NCBI GenBank assembly: GCA_008632985.1
Contig: QPGO01000019.1
Location: forward strand, 744,001 to 808,000
Length of the DNA stretch: 64,000 bases
Reading direction: 5' to 3'
Source: Psammoneis japonica
Taxonomy: Eukaryota
The notes beneath the pieces are model-generated. The model did not search any database. It was given only the letters and a program-made list of their open reading frames with translations, and was not told the DNA's origin. The position numbers were made by a program, and so were the translations under genes. Numbering within the stretch: position 1 is the first letter of the stretch; each line of letters starts with the position of its first letter. Shown here one piece after another: positions 33,665 to 47,700 of this stretch.

Positions 33665-34726
33665 TCACTTTTTGTTTGCCCTCAAGTTTCGCCACGCTCC
33701 AATATCCAGAGGCTTGCCCACCGCATTGTCTTGCACAATGCGTCCCGTTTTCCCATCCAACACCACCAGCCTTGGAATTCCCGTGACTTTGATAAATCCC
33801 AACAATTGTTCTCGCGTCTCATCATCAAAGTCCACCGCCAACCACGGCATGGTGGCATAATACTTGCCAAAGCCGCTCTCGTCATGATCACACGACAAAA
33901 AGACAACTTCAATTCCATTCTTTTTTCCTGTTGTATTGTACCAATTTGCCAATTGGGGTGTATAGTTGCGACAAGGTCCACACCAATGGGCTGACGCATA
34001 CAACAAGACAAACTCTTTTCCGCCGAGAGCGTCTGCGAGAGGAATTGGTTTTGCACCAGGATTCTGAAGGAGCTGGCCGTTTTCAAGAGACGAAAACAAG
34101 TTCTTCATGCCATTCGACAAACCCGGTGCCACGACTGCATCACTCGGCGAGGAAAAGGGAATTGTTTCATTTGTCGAGTCCTCCAGTACAGGTCTTACTC
34201 GAAACTGATAGCCAAGCTTGGACGACAAATTCTTTTTTCTCACTAGAGTTCCAGTCAGGCACGGAGCAATCGTCTTCCAAGCGACCCCACCGTCGTTTTC
34301 TCTCATTTGCAACTCGTAACCCTTTACGGCTGAATCATCCCTCTTCGTTTCATACGTCTGCCAAGTGACATTTAACGTTTCATTCAATCCCGCGGATACA
34401 GCCTTTGGAGGATCCATTCGAAGCTTGTCGGCGTTTTCGGAAAGCAGAAAAAAGGCGTCACTATGCGTCACCCACCCCTTTACGTCATCGTTGTTGTCGT
34501 TTACAATGGCACCCACTCGAAACAAAAAACCAATTCCTTGATCATCTTGTAAATTGCGCTTGCGGGCTTGGGTCGTTGTCAGATTGCTAGAAAGGGTTTC
34601 ATACGTTGTGTTGGAATCATCGCTGCTGACGTTACGCTTGTACTCGAGTCTGTATCGAACAGCACCGGGAACCGCAGGCCACGAGACGGTCAAGGAGGAG
34701 GATGTAGAATCAATCAGTGTAATCAT
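33665..34726 (-). CDS. Nucleoredoxin/tryparedoxin-like thioredoxin with two N-terminal fibronectin type III domains
   Basis: SSSLTVSW...YRLEYK...FRVGA and TLNVTW...YELQMR...YQFRVR (FN3); LLYASAHWCGPCRNYTP, EVVFLSCD, MPWLAV and GIPRLVVLD. Confidence 0.9.
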   Translation of the reverse strand: MITLIDSTSSSLTVSWPAVPGAVRYRLEYKRNVSSDDSNTTYETLSSNLTTTQARKRNLQDDQGIGFLFRVGAIVNDNNDDVKGWVTHSDAFFLLSENADKLRMDPPKAVSAGLNETLNVTWQTYETKRDDSAVKGYELQMRENDGGVAWKTIAPCLTGTLVRKKNLSSKLGYQFRVRPVLEDSTNETIPFSSPSDAVVAPGLSNGMKNLFSSLENGQLLQNPGAKPIPLADALGGKEFVLLYASAHWCGPCRNYTPQLANWYNTTGKKNGIEVVFLSCDHDESGFGKYYATMPWLAVDFDDETREQLLGFIKVTGIPRLVVLDGKTGRIVQDNAVGKPLDIGAWRNLRANKK

Positions 34727-35166
34727 ATTATTGCAATTGTGGAGTAATGAGAGTAGTAATAGATACAGCAATGGGAAGAGCGAAAACAGGAGGAGGCAAG
34801 CGGCGGAGAGCTTCTTCGATCTTCATCGTCTTGTGTCGATTTTTGGAATTTTCGATTTTCGATTTGGATTTTTCTTTTTCGTGCGTCAGTCAGTCCGTCA
34901 ATCATCGCAAGTCTTGCATTCGCCCGACGACTCCTCCCGCCTCACCCACTCGTGACAACGAAACTTCCCGCCACATTCCACAAACAAATGTACTGGAAAT
35001 TACGTACAATAGACAAATATATGTTTTGCATTTTCATACATGCATGAAGCTTTCCATATATTCGCTAACGCGAATTCCGTTTCGTCCTCGCGGAATGCCA
35101 TTTTTCGTTGACACCACTCGAGTCACAAAAAAAAGAACACGACTGCAAAAATACCAATCAACGACC

Positions 35167-35523
35167 ATGATGAGCCATACCACACTCCTCCCCACCACCA
35201 TGGACGACAGTAATAGTATCATTTCCATGCAAACCAAGCAAGAAACGCATCCAAGGAAAAGCCGCTCCTCGTCTTTTGATTCTACACTCTCATCATCAGA
35301 AGAAGAAACACCAGCTCTAGTAGGAATGACTGCACGTTCGAGACGTATAACCGAGAATTGGACTCATTCTCCTGTGGTATTGGCAATGCTGAGTGACAAT
35401 CGCATGAACAATTGCAATGATGTGCGAGAAATTTATGCGGAATGTCAAGCATCACATTCCCAAGACCGTATTTGCCTCACCGCCGCAAAGTACATGGCGG
35501 AGTGCATGAACAAGCAAGAATAG
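35167..35523 (+). CDS. Small twin CX9C (CHCH-like) protein
   Basis: C-terminal C-NDVREIYAE-C-x9-C-LTAAKYMAE-C. Divergent from the nucleoredoxin gene. Start codon uncertain. Confidence 0.6.
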   Translation: MMSHTTLLPTTMDDSNSIISMQTKQETHPRKSRSSSFDSTLSSSEEETPALVGMTARSRRITENWTHSPVVLAMLSDNRMNNCNDVREIYAECQASHSQDRICLTAAKYMAECMNKQE

Positions 35524-36070
35524 ATAACGCTATGGCGGAACGACACGAGAATGGAATGGAGTGAGCGAGTCAAACGAAGAAAGCAATGGGACTCGAGGAG
35601 ATGAAAAAAATGAACATGGAACATATGATTCATAAAATAAGCTATAACTCAATTCAAACCCTACTACTCAACCATCGCCGCGCTGATTTTTTCGTCGACC
35701 GTGTCACATTTCTCTAAAGTTTCAAAGCGGTATTCTATTATTGATATTTGATTATCCCACCTGACTTTTGTTCCTTGATTTATGCAATGCGAATAGTGGC
35801 TTGTAGCTAGAAATCGAGGACATGTTCACCTTCGCGCTCCAAAGTACTCGTGCATCTGCTACACACAGTAGTCTAAGTTCTGTTTTTCAAAGAGATACAA
35901 GTACTTCTATTATGAATAGCTGATTATCCCAGCAGACTTGCTTCCCCTTGATTATGGAATACGAACCGTTTGCAGCTGGTAACGAAACTAATAAGCTGCA
36001 AGCGTCTTACGGACATAGATGTGTGTTGTTGTTGTGGTGAATTCTTTCTTTCTCTTTTGTAGGTGAAAAA

Positions 36071-38713
36071 TCAGCCGTACCACCTACTCCAGTATCCAGT
36101 CTCTGCACGATGAGCCTTGGCGCAGGTTTCAACGTATAGTAATTCGTCTGGCTTGGGATGGTGGTGTTGACTGACGCACCCGTTCTTCCTATTGACTGGC
36201 TGGAGTTCAAATTGGTCGGAATAAAAGTCCCCTCTGCCTGCGCTCCACCTTTGTCTTGGAGATGTTGCATTACAAGTAGCTGCACGCAGCGCTCGAACAT
36301 TTGTTCGCTGCAAGCACAAATCCTTGCCAATCATCTTGATTTGGGCACCCTTTCCTTCGGGGTACACAAATTCAAACTCCATCTTGGACTTGTGGCAGTA
36401 GTCAACCAAAAGCTCGTTTTCCACGCCCGACCGGCACTTTTCCCCCTTACAAAGGATGCACCATCTCTGTTCTTTGGGTGACTCTTGCCACATGTAACCG
36501 TCTTTCCAGAACAGCTTCAGCTTAAACTTGTTTGGTTCAAAGATTCCTTGAGGTGCATCCGACCGCCTGTAACAATAATCTTCACCAAACACACCTTGGC
36601 CATTGCATCCGGGGACTGGTTGAAAATGACTTTGTCTCTGAAAACATTCAAGTCCATTGGCACAGTCATTGTCAGTGTCACAATCACCACGGCAATGAGC
36701 AAGCGTACCCGCGGGAAAGTTATTGTTCCCGACAGATACGAGTTCATCGACACCTGGAGTAGGACCTGGGGTCGGGGCTCTAGAAGTTGGTGATGGAGTC
36801 GGAAACCTTGTAGGCGTTGGAGTTGGACTGGTGGTTGGTACTGGAGGACCAGTTGGAGCAAGAGTTGCAAAGCCATCAAACTGGTCCTCGTAATAGCAAT
36901 AATCACGACCATCTTCTGGCGTTCCTGTGCACCCTGGTGGCCCTTCATCGTTTCTGTTACGTTGGAAGCACACCATGGATCCTTGACAATCATTATCGTT
37001 ATCGCAGTCTCCTTCGCAATGGCCAAGTGGAAAGGCGGACGAAGGCTGTCCATCATTACCTGGTAGGGACAGTACAGAAACTGTCGAATCAAAACCATTT
37101 TGAGAAGTTGGCGGATCAGTGGGTGATTCTGTCGGGGATGGAGTTGGACTGGTGGTTGGAGCTGGAGGACCGGTTGCAGGGGTCGGTCCATCGTAGTAGC
37201 AGTAGTCACGGGCTTTGTAAGGGGTTCCAAAGCACCCAGGAGGTCCAAGGTCTCCCGTGTCACGTTGGAAGCACACCATTGCACCTTCGCAGTCATTATC
37301 ATTGTCGCAGTCTCCTTCGCAATGGCCAAGTGGAAAGACGTTATCATTACCGTCACCAACAAGTTTCAGCTCTGAAAGTAGCTCATCAGGGTTAGTTTGG
37401 GAAGTTGGAGCAAATGTAGAAAACTCGGTAGGTGAAAGTGTTGGAGGCGTCGTTCTTGGATCATAGCAATAGTCCTTGGCTGCAAATGGCGTTCCAACAC
37501 ATGGGGAATTTGGTGCGTGATCTTCACCATCTGTGAAGAAAGACAGTACAAAATATCAAGGTTAGTCATTGGCAAAAATGTTGAAGAAGAATCCTTTTCT
37601 TTTCTTACTATTGCGATGCCAGCACTCTAGTTCTCCTTCGCAGTCGTCATCGTTGTCACAATCCCCTTGACAGAGCTTCAGAGGGAAAGCAGCGGTATCC
37701 TTATTGTCACCGACAATCACAAGTTGATACTGTGCTGATGGGGATATAGTGGGCGTGGGCTGGCTCGTTGGCGGATCCGTAGGCCTCATAGAAGGCTGCG
37801 TTGTAAGCTTCGGTAGCGGAGGCAACGTAATGATTACAGAAGGTGATGGTTGAGGCGTATTCATAACATCTCCTGCATTCCCGTCAAAGTAGCAGTAATC
37901 CCAGTTCCCCTCTGGTGTACCTAGACAACCAGGGACATATGTCGTGTCCCTACTGCGTTGGAAACAGCGCAACGGTCCCTCGCAGTCAACGTCACTATCG
38001 CAGTCAGCTTGACAGTTACCAAGAGCATATGCAAGATTGTTTCCAGGATTTGAAACAGGTACAGGATAGTAACCTGGTGCAACCGATGGCGCAGGAGTGA
38101 CGTCGCCGCCTGGCGTCATGGTTGGAGATGTTGTTGCCAGCTTGGTTGGTCCTGGCGTAATGGGCGGTGGTCCTCCCAATGTCAATCCGACATGGCAAAA
38201 GTCAACAGCAGGGAAGCCTGTGCCTCTGCAGCCTGGGACGGCCTCCGTTCCGCCGCGCTGGAAACATTGGAGCGACCCAGCACATTCACCGTCGTGGTTG
38301 CAGTCACCTTCACATTCAGCGAGAGGGGTATCAGAGATGGGCAAAGTAGCCTCGTCTCGTACAAACAAATCGGGTTCTGTATTCGACAAGTCTCCCATGC
38401 CAGCATAGTAGCAATAATCGGCGCCCCCTCTGAAAGTACCGACGCATCCAGGGATGGGCGTTGAGTCGCCGTTTATGCGCTGAAAACAGATCATGTCACC
38501 CTGACAATCTTGATCTCCATCGCAATCGCCTTCACAGAGTCCAAGGCCACCTGCAGACACTGGATTAGTTCCCAAATACGTAAGAGTGCCTTGTTCTTGG
38601 AGGGCTCGCTGCTGGTTGGGTGCGAGTTTCTTTGGACTTCCTAGCCGAATCTCTCCATTGGCGGTGCTGATTGAATACCAGATAGCAAAGAAAGAAGCAT
38701 AAAAGACTTTCAT
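36071..38713 (-). CDS. Frustulin (diatom cell-wall glycoprotein): 7 ACR domains, Pro/Thr linkers, Trp-rich C-terminal domain; intron 37531-37608
   Basis: Signal peptide MKVFYASFFAIW; seven C(E/Q/R)(G/A)DC(D/N)...C..R...C...DYCY-type units; C-terminal KLKLFWKDGYMWQE...WC domain. The GT-AG intron restores the frame. Confidence 0.88.
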
Positions 38714-39682
38714 CTTACCGAGCTTTGGTTTCAGTGTGGCAAAAAACACACGACCAAGTTAGGGGACGCTGTTGAATTTTCAGGTAAAGACGCTGTTTTC
38801 ATGCAACAACCAGCGCATACGTTGATTTTGAAACCTTGTAGCTCCCCAAGAGGTGACTTATGCACAAAAGGATAGCATTGAACTTACTTTTGTTGCTCAA
38901 AGGAGAGGCGCCAAACGCGTTGCTTCCTCCCACAACAAATCAATCAATAAAGCGGTATGTTGTGGCGAAGAATGTGAGCAGAACATTCAGCAAAAATCCA
39001 AGGGAGGTCGCGGGGCTGGGTTTAACGTTATATCGGGTAAACGGTATATTGCTCTTTAAAAGCTTCATTTAGTGGCAGCACATGTAAAACTTCATTCCAT
39101 CTGATAGTGACACATTATACCTAACTAATCGACTGTTAAGAAGGATTGTTTTTCCATGACCATTAGTAATTTTGTTATATATTTTTTTCTTCGCAACGGA
39201 TACGTCGCTGAAATATATTCGTTGGCGAGGTTATATCATAAATGTTGATGTAGTTATCATCATTGATTCGTGTGCATATTTTTGGATTAACAAAAATGGA
39301 ACGTTGCGCTCGCTCGCTGAATCCAGAATCGATTTCACCGACTGAAGCAAAACGCGCGAGCGCGAACGCGCATCCTAAGATTTGCCGCGCGTTTTCAAGT
39401 TTACCCGCCGACACCGCACACGCATTACGCATTGACAACGATGACATTTCTCAGCGCATTTTCACTCCAGCACGGCGGTCGTCGCCCTTGACATCCCAAC
39501 CAAGATCGGGAAACGATTTGCAAGTATTAGGAATCGAGTGGCACTGCAACTGGAAAACTGGTACCATACTTGATGAAGTGGCGGAGTTTTATGACGAAAC
39601 GAAACGTGAAAGCACGCCGCCGTTACCCCCCTCATTTTTCCGGTGAGAAATGAATGCAAATAAAAAGCGAGAAACGAGACGA

Positions 39683-42600
39683 ATGTCGACGAATCCGTTT
39701 GACTCGTCCGATGATGATCAGGTTTCTATCGAGGAAAGTTTCCATGAGTGTCATCAACATGAAGGTTCAATCCCAAGAAATATTGTTCAGCGATCAGCAC
39801 CACTCGACTTTCATTCGGGAGACAGTTCCGCTCAGACTGCCGGTGAGTGCCAGTTCAGCGGCCAGTGCGCCTACTTCAATTTTCTTGTACTGTACTTACG
39901 TTTGAAATGACTGTTGCATCATAGATCCACGCTTGGTGTTTGAGGAGATTCCGTCTTTGAACCACCCGACAGAACTTTTTTCCCCGTTGGAGGCCGCGCT
40001 CTTGAGTCACGCAGATGATACCACCTTGTTACCGTCATCCGTTGTAAACACGTGTGGTGATGATTCTTCTGATGATAACGAGGATGGTACCATGGCACAC
40101 TTGTCAAGGATCGTACGAATGCCATCTCCGTTTGCTGAAAAAATGAGTAAAGTCAATCGCGGGGAAGATTCTCCGTCCACTGGATCGCTCGATAGGCCAA
40201 CGTTGACTCGCACGGGAAGCAATACATCGTTTCTATCTGCAAAGTCAGAACATAGTAACGACACGAACCCAGTTGTAGGTAGCCAGACACTTGATACTCC
40301 TGCACCGACAAGGTCGCTAGCAGAGAAGCCATCGACAAGGCTACGAAGCTCGGTGAGAAGGTCAGTGACAAAGCAGAAGCGAGCAACAGGGCCAAGTCCT
40401 GTGCTGCAAAGGCTCGAGAGTTTTCCAGAAGACAGTGAATTTACAATGGACTACAAATCTCCCGGGACTCCGTGGTCGCATCTGATTTTGTTGGAGGATC
40501 TTGGCACAGCATCCTCTTGGACTGTGTTGATCATTCCATATGTTGCGTTTCTCTTGTGTCTGATACTGGAGTCGGACACAGAGTTGCTGGTGCATACTGA
40601 GGGACCCTTGAGCGCTGCATCCACATGTCGATCCTTGAATTCCACGGCAGGACATAGCGTGCCTTTAACGCCGGCACCAATGCATTCATGTTCCTTTCCT
40701 TTCGGTCTCTACGAAGGGCGGGGTGTTTTGTCCTTCGGTGGAAAGGGATACGCAACAGTGCAATCACACTATTACGCGCTCATGCCAAATGGCACTGCCT
40801 TTTCCTCCGGACCACTAATGGATGTTCCAGCCATGTCAACGTTTTTGCGCGGAGATGTAAAATATACAAACTTGCCAACAGACGTTGTTTCACTCGTCGC
40901 TCAAGGAAAGGTTGCGTTTTCAACTGTCGTGTCGCAGCGCAAATCAGACAATGATTGGGTACCAGTCTCCATATCGAAACCCTCGCGACTGTCCATGGCG
41001 TGTGGGTACAATAGACAAAGGGACGACAAACCACACCATTTATCATGGAATTGCAGCTCCCCACGCATTTTGGACGTATTGTTCTCCATGCCGGGAACAG
41101 CGATTCTGACGGGTGCTGATATCCAAGTGAACGTATTGTATTCCTACTACAAGGGACAGTCATTTGCTGAAGTGTACTCCATTGACTATTTTTCGTCAAA
41201 CATTGACGAATCTGACCAGCAGAAACCCTCCTTCGTCTTAACGGGATCCGCTGACGCCAACATGATACTGTTAAACTCGACTACCCGACGACCAAACGAT
41301 CTCATCCGGCACCTCGTGAATTCATCTTCGTACAAAATTCAACATCAACGGGAGTCATACGAAACTATCGATGTGACAGTGAGAATCCTTTGCCTAATTG
41401 TAACGATTTGCTTTTCCGTGTTCTGGTGTTGGAGTCTAGGATGGAAAGGCTTTTGTGCTGTTTGGGGCGAAAGTAACCAATGCTGTTGGTTTAATTGGAG
41501 GCATTGGTGGGGATCAAGAAAAGACGAGGAAGATTTGCCGCTAGTTAGCCGAAAAAGCGATGGTCTGCTGTGGTGGGAATCTCCTTGGTTGCTTTTCCCC
41601 GAGAGAAGATATCTCTTGTTTCTTCTCGTTTGTCTTGTTCTGGTTCAGAACCCCTTGTTGACATACGTTTACTTCAATCCTCGGCTTTACAGCAGCAAGA
41701 ATATGCATGCAGCCGCAGATGCCATCATTGGCGTTGGAGTTCATGGTCTTCTCATGCTGTGGCTGTGCCTGTTCTGTGGTCTGCGATATCACACCTCCAC
41801 GATTACTCGACAGCGCGCGAAACAGCAAAGAGCGTTGCTTGAATTACGACGAACAGCAAAGTATATTGGCACGGTAGATCAGCCGATGTATGGAACAGAA
41901 GATTCAATCTTGCGGTACACCGCATCTTACTATGACATGTACGGTGATGTCGACGGTAGTGGCTTTGTGTCCCATCTTAGAATGAAGCACGATCCCTGTG
42001 GCGATAGCTGGGCTGACTTCCTTCTGCCTAAAGTTCTTATTTTTCTTCTCGGTGCAACGTCTGTGCTTGCGACAGCAGTATGCCGCTTTCCCGCAGACGG
42101 CGATAACGCAGCTACGCTGAGCCCGAAGCTTCTCAGACGATACAATGGAATGTACATTTTCAGTTCTTTCGTGCAGTTGATCGTTTTGATTTCTTGGGTT
42201 TTCCTCATCATCCGAAACACGCTCCTTACTGGATGGAAGCTCCGAAAACAGCCGTTTTTGAGCACGCGTCCTGCTCAGCTCGCCTTTCGGGTCATGTCGG
42301 CGTCACTGTTCTTAGGCGTAGGTGCGTTGGCAGTCCCAGTGCTTATGGACCTGTTTAAGTTGTTCGAGAAGTGGTACTCTGGAAAAGGGCATGTGCCCAA
42401 AGCCAGCTTGAATCACAACACAGCATCCAGCCGATCTGTCCTTGACGTTATGCTTCGCGCTCTTTTTCATGTCAGCGAGCGCTTCCCTTACTCTGGGACC
42501 GCATCAAGCATTGGTCCGGGAAAGATCTTGTTCTGCACAACATGCGGTTTAATGACGGCATTCATTTTCCTCCCGTCGAGAACATTCTACGACGACGACG

Positions 42601-44674
42601 ATGGGGCTCACAAGACAAAGGATGATTCTCCGGGGACTAGCATTTTTCAAAGGACTCTTACTGAGAAGATGCAGCAGCGAAGAGACAAACGAAGTGTTGT
42701 GACATTGGCTCGGTATACTCACACGTGGCGAGTTTTTCCTTTGCCCATCAAGAAGGAGAAGTTTGCGGCTGATCTCGTGTTGGGGAAATCGTTTCATGTT
42801 GACGCCGACTTTTGCATAATTCATGGTGAAACGAATAATGGAGGTATCGTCTATATTGGAAACTATATGCCGGTGTTCTGTGTGGAGATAGGTACGAGAT
42901 AGGTACGGAGGTGCCTTCACGAGCGTCCGCTGTCCCGAATCTTTTTCGCGCGAATCGACGTATCATCTGACACGAATCTCTACTGTGTACTTTCTTATAC
43001 TGAATGCAAAAAAGCTTGTTGGTTGCTTGAAGCTTCTTGGCAGTCTTACTACTCCCCAAAATCATTTTCCAGCAACAATTGGGCTCCTGGGCGGATGTCC
43101 CTAGAAAACATCGGTTTGAAACTGGAATCCGCCATTTTTGACGAAATTACGGAGACGCAAGCCATTGTCGCAAGCAACATCATTCCCCAGGTTGACGGAG
43201 AACAAGACGAAATCATTGTCGTTGCATTTCGCGGGACGATGAATGCCACAAACCTTAGGACGGACTTGAAGATGCAGCAGGTAATCGAAAACCCCCTTCA
43301 GATGGGATTGTGATATCTATAATTCTTCTTCTCACTTTCGTTTTGAACACGTGCTCAATGATCGCAGGTACCACTTCCAGACCGTTTGATGGGCGTTGAT
43401 GATAATGCAGCATTTAGGGTGCATCAAGGCCACGTGGAAGGTTGCGCGCATTCAGGATGGGATGACTGGATAGGATCTCCAGCACCACAAAGGAGCGAAA
43501 CTACTTTACACAGCTTTTCACCTCGAAGCGGAGTCACTGATAATGACTGCCTCGATATTCAATGGCGCACCCACAAAACTTCTCTCATGTCTGAAATTTC
43601 GATTGGAGCGAAAGCCGTCCTTCAAGCCACTCCCGTTGCACGCCAGGCTCTACCCTGTGTTCATAAAGGTTTCTTGCATGCATACTCGCTCATCCGCAAG
43701 CAACTCTGGGAAAGTGTTTTGCTGGTGCTCCAACGTCAATTTGCAAGGTCATTGAAGACATGTGCAGAACGCGAAGAAGCTGATGGGAATTTCAGAATGC
43801 CAAAAATATACATTACAGGCCATAGTCTGGGTAAGTTCTACATGTAAACGATGCTTCCAACCAAGAGTGCTCCATACTCGCTCACCCGCGTGCGGTTCTC
43901 TTTGTGCTTTCAGGTGGTTCCCTCGGCCAGTTGTTTGCTTTCGACTTTGCAAATAATTGTGAGATTGTTTTGCAAGTGGTACACGACAGTTCCAATACTT
44001 CTCTGTTGTTCTCGCTCCCTGGCATTGATCCTTCTCCCTTCTTCCAGAATAAGAGGTGCACGAGTCACGACGACATCTCTGGGGCACCAGTGCGACGTAG
44101 GTTTCCGTCTTCTACGGGACGAAGCCGCTTTTTCTCGGACAACGATCAGAATTCCCGTGATCGTTCAGACACGAAGCCTACCTCCAGCATTCATGATTGC
44201 GTTGATGTCAAATACAAATCGCTTGTGTTGCAACCACCCATAGCAGTTTATACGTTTGGGCAACCACGCGTAGGTAACCGGGCATTTGCGCGGCTTTACA
44301 AGAAGACGGTCCCTCACACTTTTCGAGTCGTTAATGAGGGCGACGCCTTTACAACAATGCCAAACACTGTTTGTGGTGGCATGTATAAGCACGCAGGATT
44401 GGAGGTGATGCTTGATGAGGGACAAACAGGGAATACTCTAGTTGGGCCGACGGTTGTCGAGACCCTTTTTCGCTTTACTAAGGTCCGAACTAGCGTCGCT
44501 GCTCACTCAATGGAACGATACAGAAATTGTCTTGAGAGTGCTTTAGGGCAAGAAGAGTTACGGGAATACTATCGTGGCCATGGATCGAAGGGCAATTTCG
44601 TCGCATCTGTTAGAGGCGGGACCAGTAATAAGGCGCTACCAGATTGGGTGACACAACGGAATAGACCAGATTGA
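39683..44674 (+). CDS. Large multi-pass membrane protein with C-terminal class-3 lipase domain, multi-exon
   Basis: Several hydrophobic helices in ORF 39933-42902; IVVAFRGT, VHKGF, IYITGHSLG|G, YTFGQPRVGN, RVVNEGD and YKHAG motifs. Introns near 39843, 42892, 43281 and 43831. Confidence 0.88.
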
Positions 44675-44754
44675 ACATCACCTCGTCCCCCACTCATGAC
44701 TCGGTCGCTGATCACGTGTACGGTACGCCAAAGCGCTCAATGTAGAAATTGGGT

Positions 44755-47700
44755 TCATTTTTTGGTAGTGACAATTTGTCCACGAAATCGTTTGATTCTT
44801 CTATCCTTCTTGTCCAAAACCAGGTCCACCATTTTAGATGCTTTGTAAACGCGTCGGCGGGTACCATCTTCTGCTTCGTCTTCTCCGGGCGGCAACATGG
44901 GGACTTCGATTGTTGTGTTTCGGGAGAGAAAGAACATTTCTTTGCCAGCGTCGTAAAAGACTTTCACCTTGACCAGCGTTTCAACACCCTCTTTCACGGC
45001 GTCCCTTATGCGTCGAAAGTCCCCCTGAACGTTGGCCCTGAAATACATTCCTGGCGGTAAAGGAACGGGCTCATCTCTTACAACTGCTTTGCCATTTCGC
45101 CTCAATCGTATTTTTACGAGCACCGGATCTTGAAGATACATGTATTTGGTGGTGTCAACAATGGCATCGAAAGGCATTGAAGATGACTTTATCTGAAGTG
45201 CCGTATCATTCTCGTAGTTTGCCGTGCCGTATCGTTGGTAATCGTTATTCTTGCAGTAGTCGCGGAGATAGTTGGGAGAAACATCGAAAGTTTCGCAGTA
45301 CTTCGGGAAAGTTTTTGTAAGAGAAAGGTACGTGCAACATGAAAACCGCTCGTTCACTGCCCCGACGGTCCCACTAAGGTCTTGCATATATGATAGTCCT
45401 GATACAAAGTAGTTGCTTCCTTGGCATCCTGGAATGCACCTGACCGTGTTGTATCCCTGGGGTGTGTTCCCAACTAGGTCGGACCATTTCTCGCATGAGC
45501 TCGTGACAGAACAGTTAGGATCATCTCCCCCTCCATCTCCATAGGCATATTCATCATTCAATTCAAATAACGAGTGACCGAGCTCATGAACGGCAACGAG
45601 AGCTCCCTTTGGATGAGTAGAAATAGTGGCGATGTTTTTCGCAGGGTATCCAGCGCCGCCATACCTTAAAGAAGAACGCAACACGAATCAAGGTTAGCTC
45701 ATTGCAAAACGGTAGTCAAGTCAAAGCAAAGCGATAAAATTACCTATCATCATTATGGATAACCACGGTTTGTAAGTTTGCACCAATTGAAAAACACTTG
45801 CTCGCAAGGGTTTCCGTAATCTCAATATCGCAACATCTGGAAACCAACGAGGGAAATATGCATTTAGTTGGTCGTGCCCTTGAAGCACAAAGAAGAATCC
45901 TGTTGTAAACAAAAACTTACAGTAGACGATCAATGCCGGAACATCCGTAATCACAGAACGATCCGCTCATTTCCGGGGGGTCGACATAAAACATATTGAG
46001 CTGATCAACATTTTTTCCAAGCATGTTGTAGTTCCCAAAAAAGGAAGTTGTCTTCCTCACCTGTTCACGCCAGGCCTCTTGCGTGCTCGAGTTGAATGCC
46101 GATCCGACAAACACAATGTTAATCGTGTTAGTGTGAAATTGAGTCCCGTAATTGTGTTTGATTGCATGGCATTCGGAAGAGGCAAAACAGGCGCCACTCC
46201 TACACGTCTTTGAAATGCATTCATTGTTTGACGAGCATGACATTCCTGTAGATTTTGGTGCGGATTCATGTTGCGAACGGATAGGTGTAGGTTCTGAAGG
46301 TCCCGTCTGGGAGTGTCGGGACTGGGCAGGCCGCTTGATCGTCGTCTCTTGTGAAACTGAATTGGATGAGAAGGTAGATGATGCTGGAGTTGGCCTCAAC
46401 GTGGGTGGAGATGATGGCGCTGAAGTGGGAGAAGTAGTTGGAGATAGGATCGAAGATCTCGTTGGCGAAAGTGAGGGCCTTGAAGTAAGTGTAAGAGTTG
46501 GTGGGGTTGTTGGCAACGCTGTAGGGGGAGTCGTAGGTCCTGATGATGGAGTAGGTGTTGGCTTTGACGTTGGCAAAGGTGACGGGCTTTGTGTTGGTGA
46601 TCTTGTGGGCAATCGAGTCGGTGATGCCGATGTAGGCTTTGTTGTAGGAGAAATGGTCGGTCGTTTTAATGGTGACGGCGACGGATTCGGAGTGTGCGTC
46701 ATGGTAGGTTGCGAAATGATACGAAACTTTGTTGGCATCCTTTTCTTACTTGTAGAGAGATCCAGCTTTGCAATAATTTTGCCTCCGCCGCAAGCACAAC
46801 AAGCCTTCAGTGCCACCCTTCCAAAATTTTCGAATAACTTCCCATATTGTTGACAGTTGTCGTCCTCTCCGTACCAATCGCAGTTGTATTGTTCGCCGTC
46901 CGCATCGTGCCAGCCGACTGGAGCATCGATACAAGCCATCTCAATTCCAGTGGAATCAGCCACTTTTGAAGGATTCTTGTTCGCGCCCTTCGCAGCAACT
47001 TGCTTGGCGAACTCAAGTGACCTCGGAAGAACTTCGGTTGCCCATAGATTTCTCCTAAGCCCACAATTTACGTGCCTACCGACTCCCGGAATATCAACTG
47101 CATGTCCGGCACCATAAAAGTCCCATGCAAAGAAAACCACATAGCCTGCCCCGCGCTTTAGCAATGCCACTGCTGGTTTTTGTGAGGTTCCATAAACTGG
47201 TCTGCACGTGACGCTTCCGCAATCTAGGTAAGCTGTAGATTCCGGGCAATCAATGTTGCTCGGTCCACCCTGAAAAGGAGTACCAGAGTTCAGCGTCGAC
47301 AACGGCACTTGCCTAGTGTTGCACCCGACACCTTCGGCAAGGTCCCAACCACTAAAGAGGGAGTTCAAAAGATCAGGTCCGCTGTGCAAAGGTGACATCA
47401 TGAACAGAACGCCACCGTTTTCAACGTACGACCTCACGAGTTCCTGCGATGTCGTGCCCCAGCCTCTCACTCCGTCCAGGGAATGAGTCCCTACTTCAGG
47501 CATGATGAAAGCACTGAAACTGTTCAGCTTCGAATCAAGATTGGGATCGGCAAGTGTCGTGATGGAAGTGTCAATAACATAATCCTTAAACGCCTCTTCG
47601 CTCTGCGTCAAATATAGCAGACTTGATATTATGTTGAGAGTCTTGTCATCGCAGTCGCCAAGCCCAGGGCCATTCATCCCCTTTTGGGCATATACTCCGA

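Noticed and set aside
34747..35166. N-terminal extension of the 258-aa ORF 34747-35523
   Set aside because: Overlaps the divergent promoter and 5' region of the nucleoredoxin gene and looks non-coding; only the CX9C part was kept.
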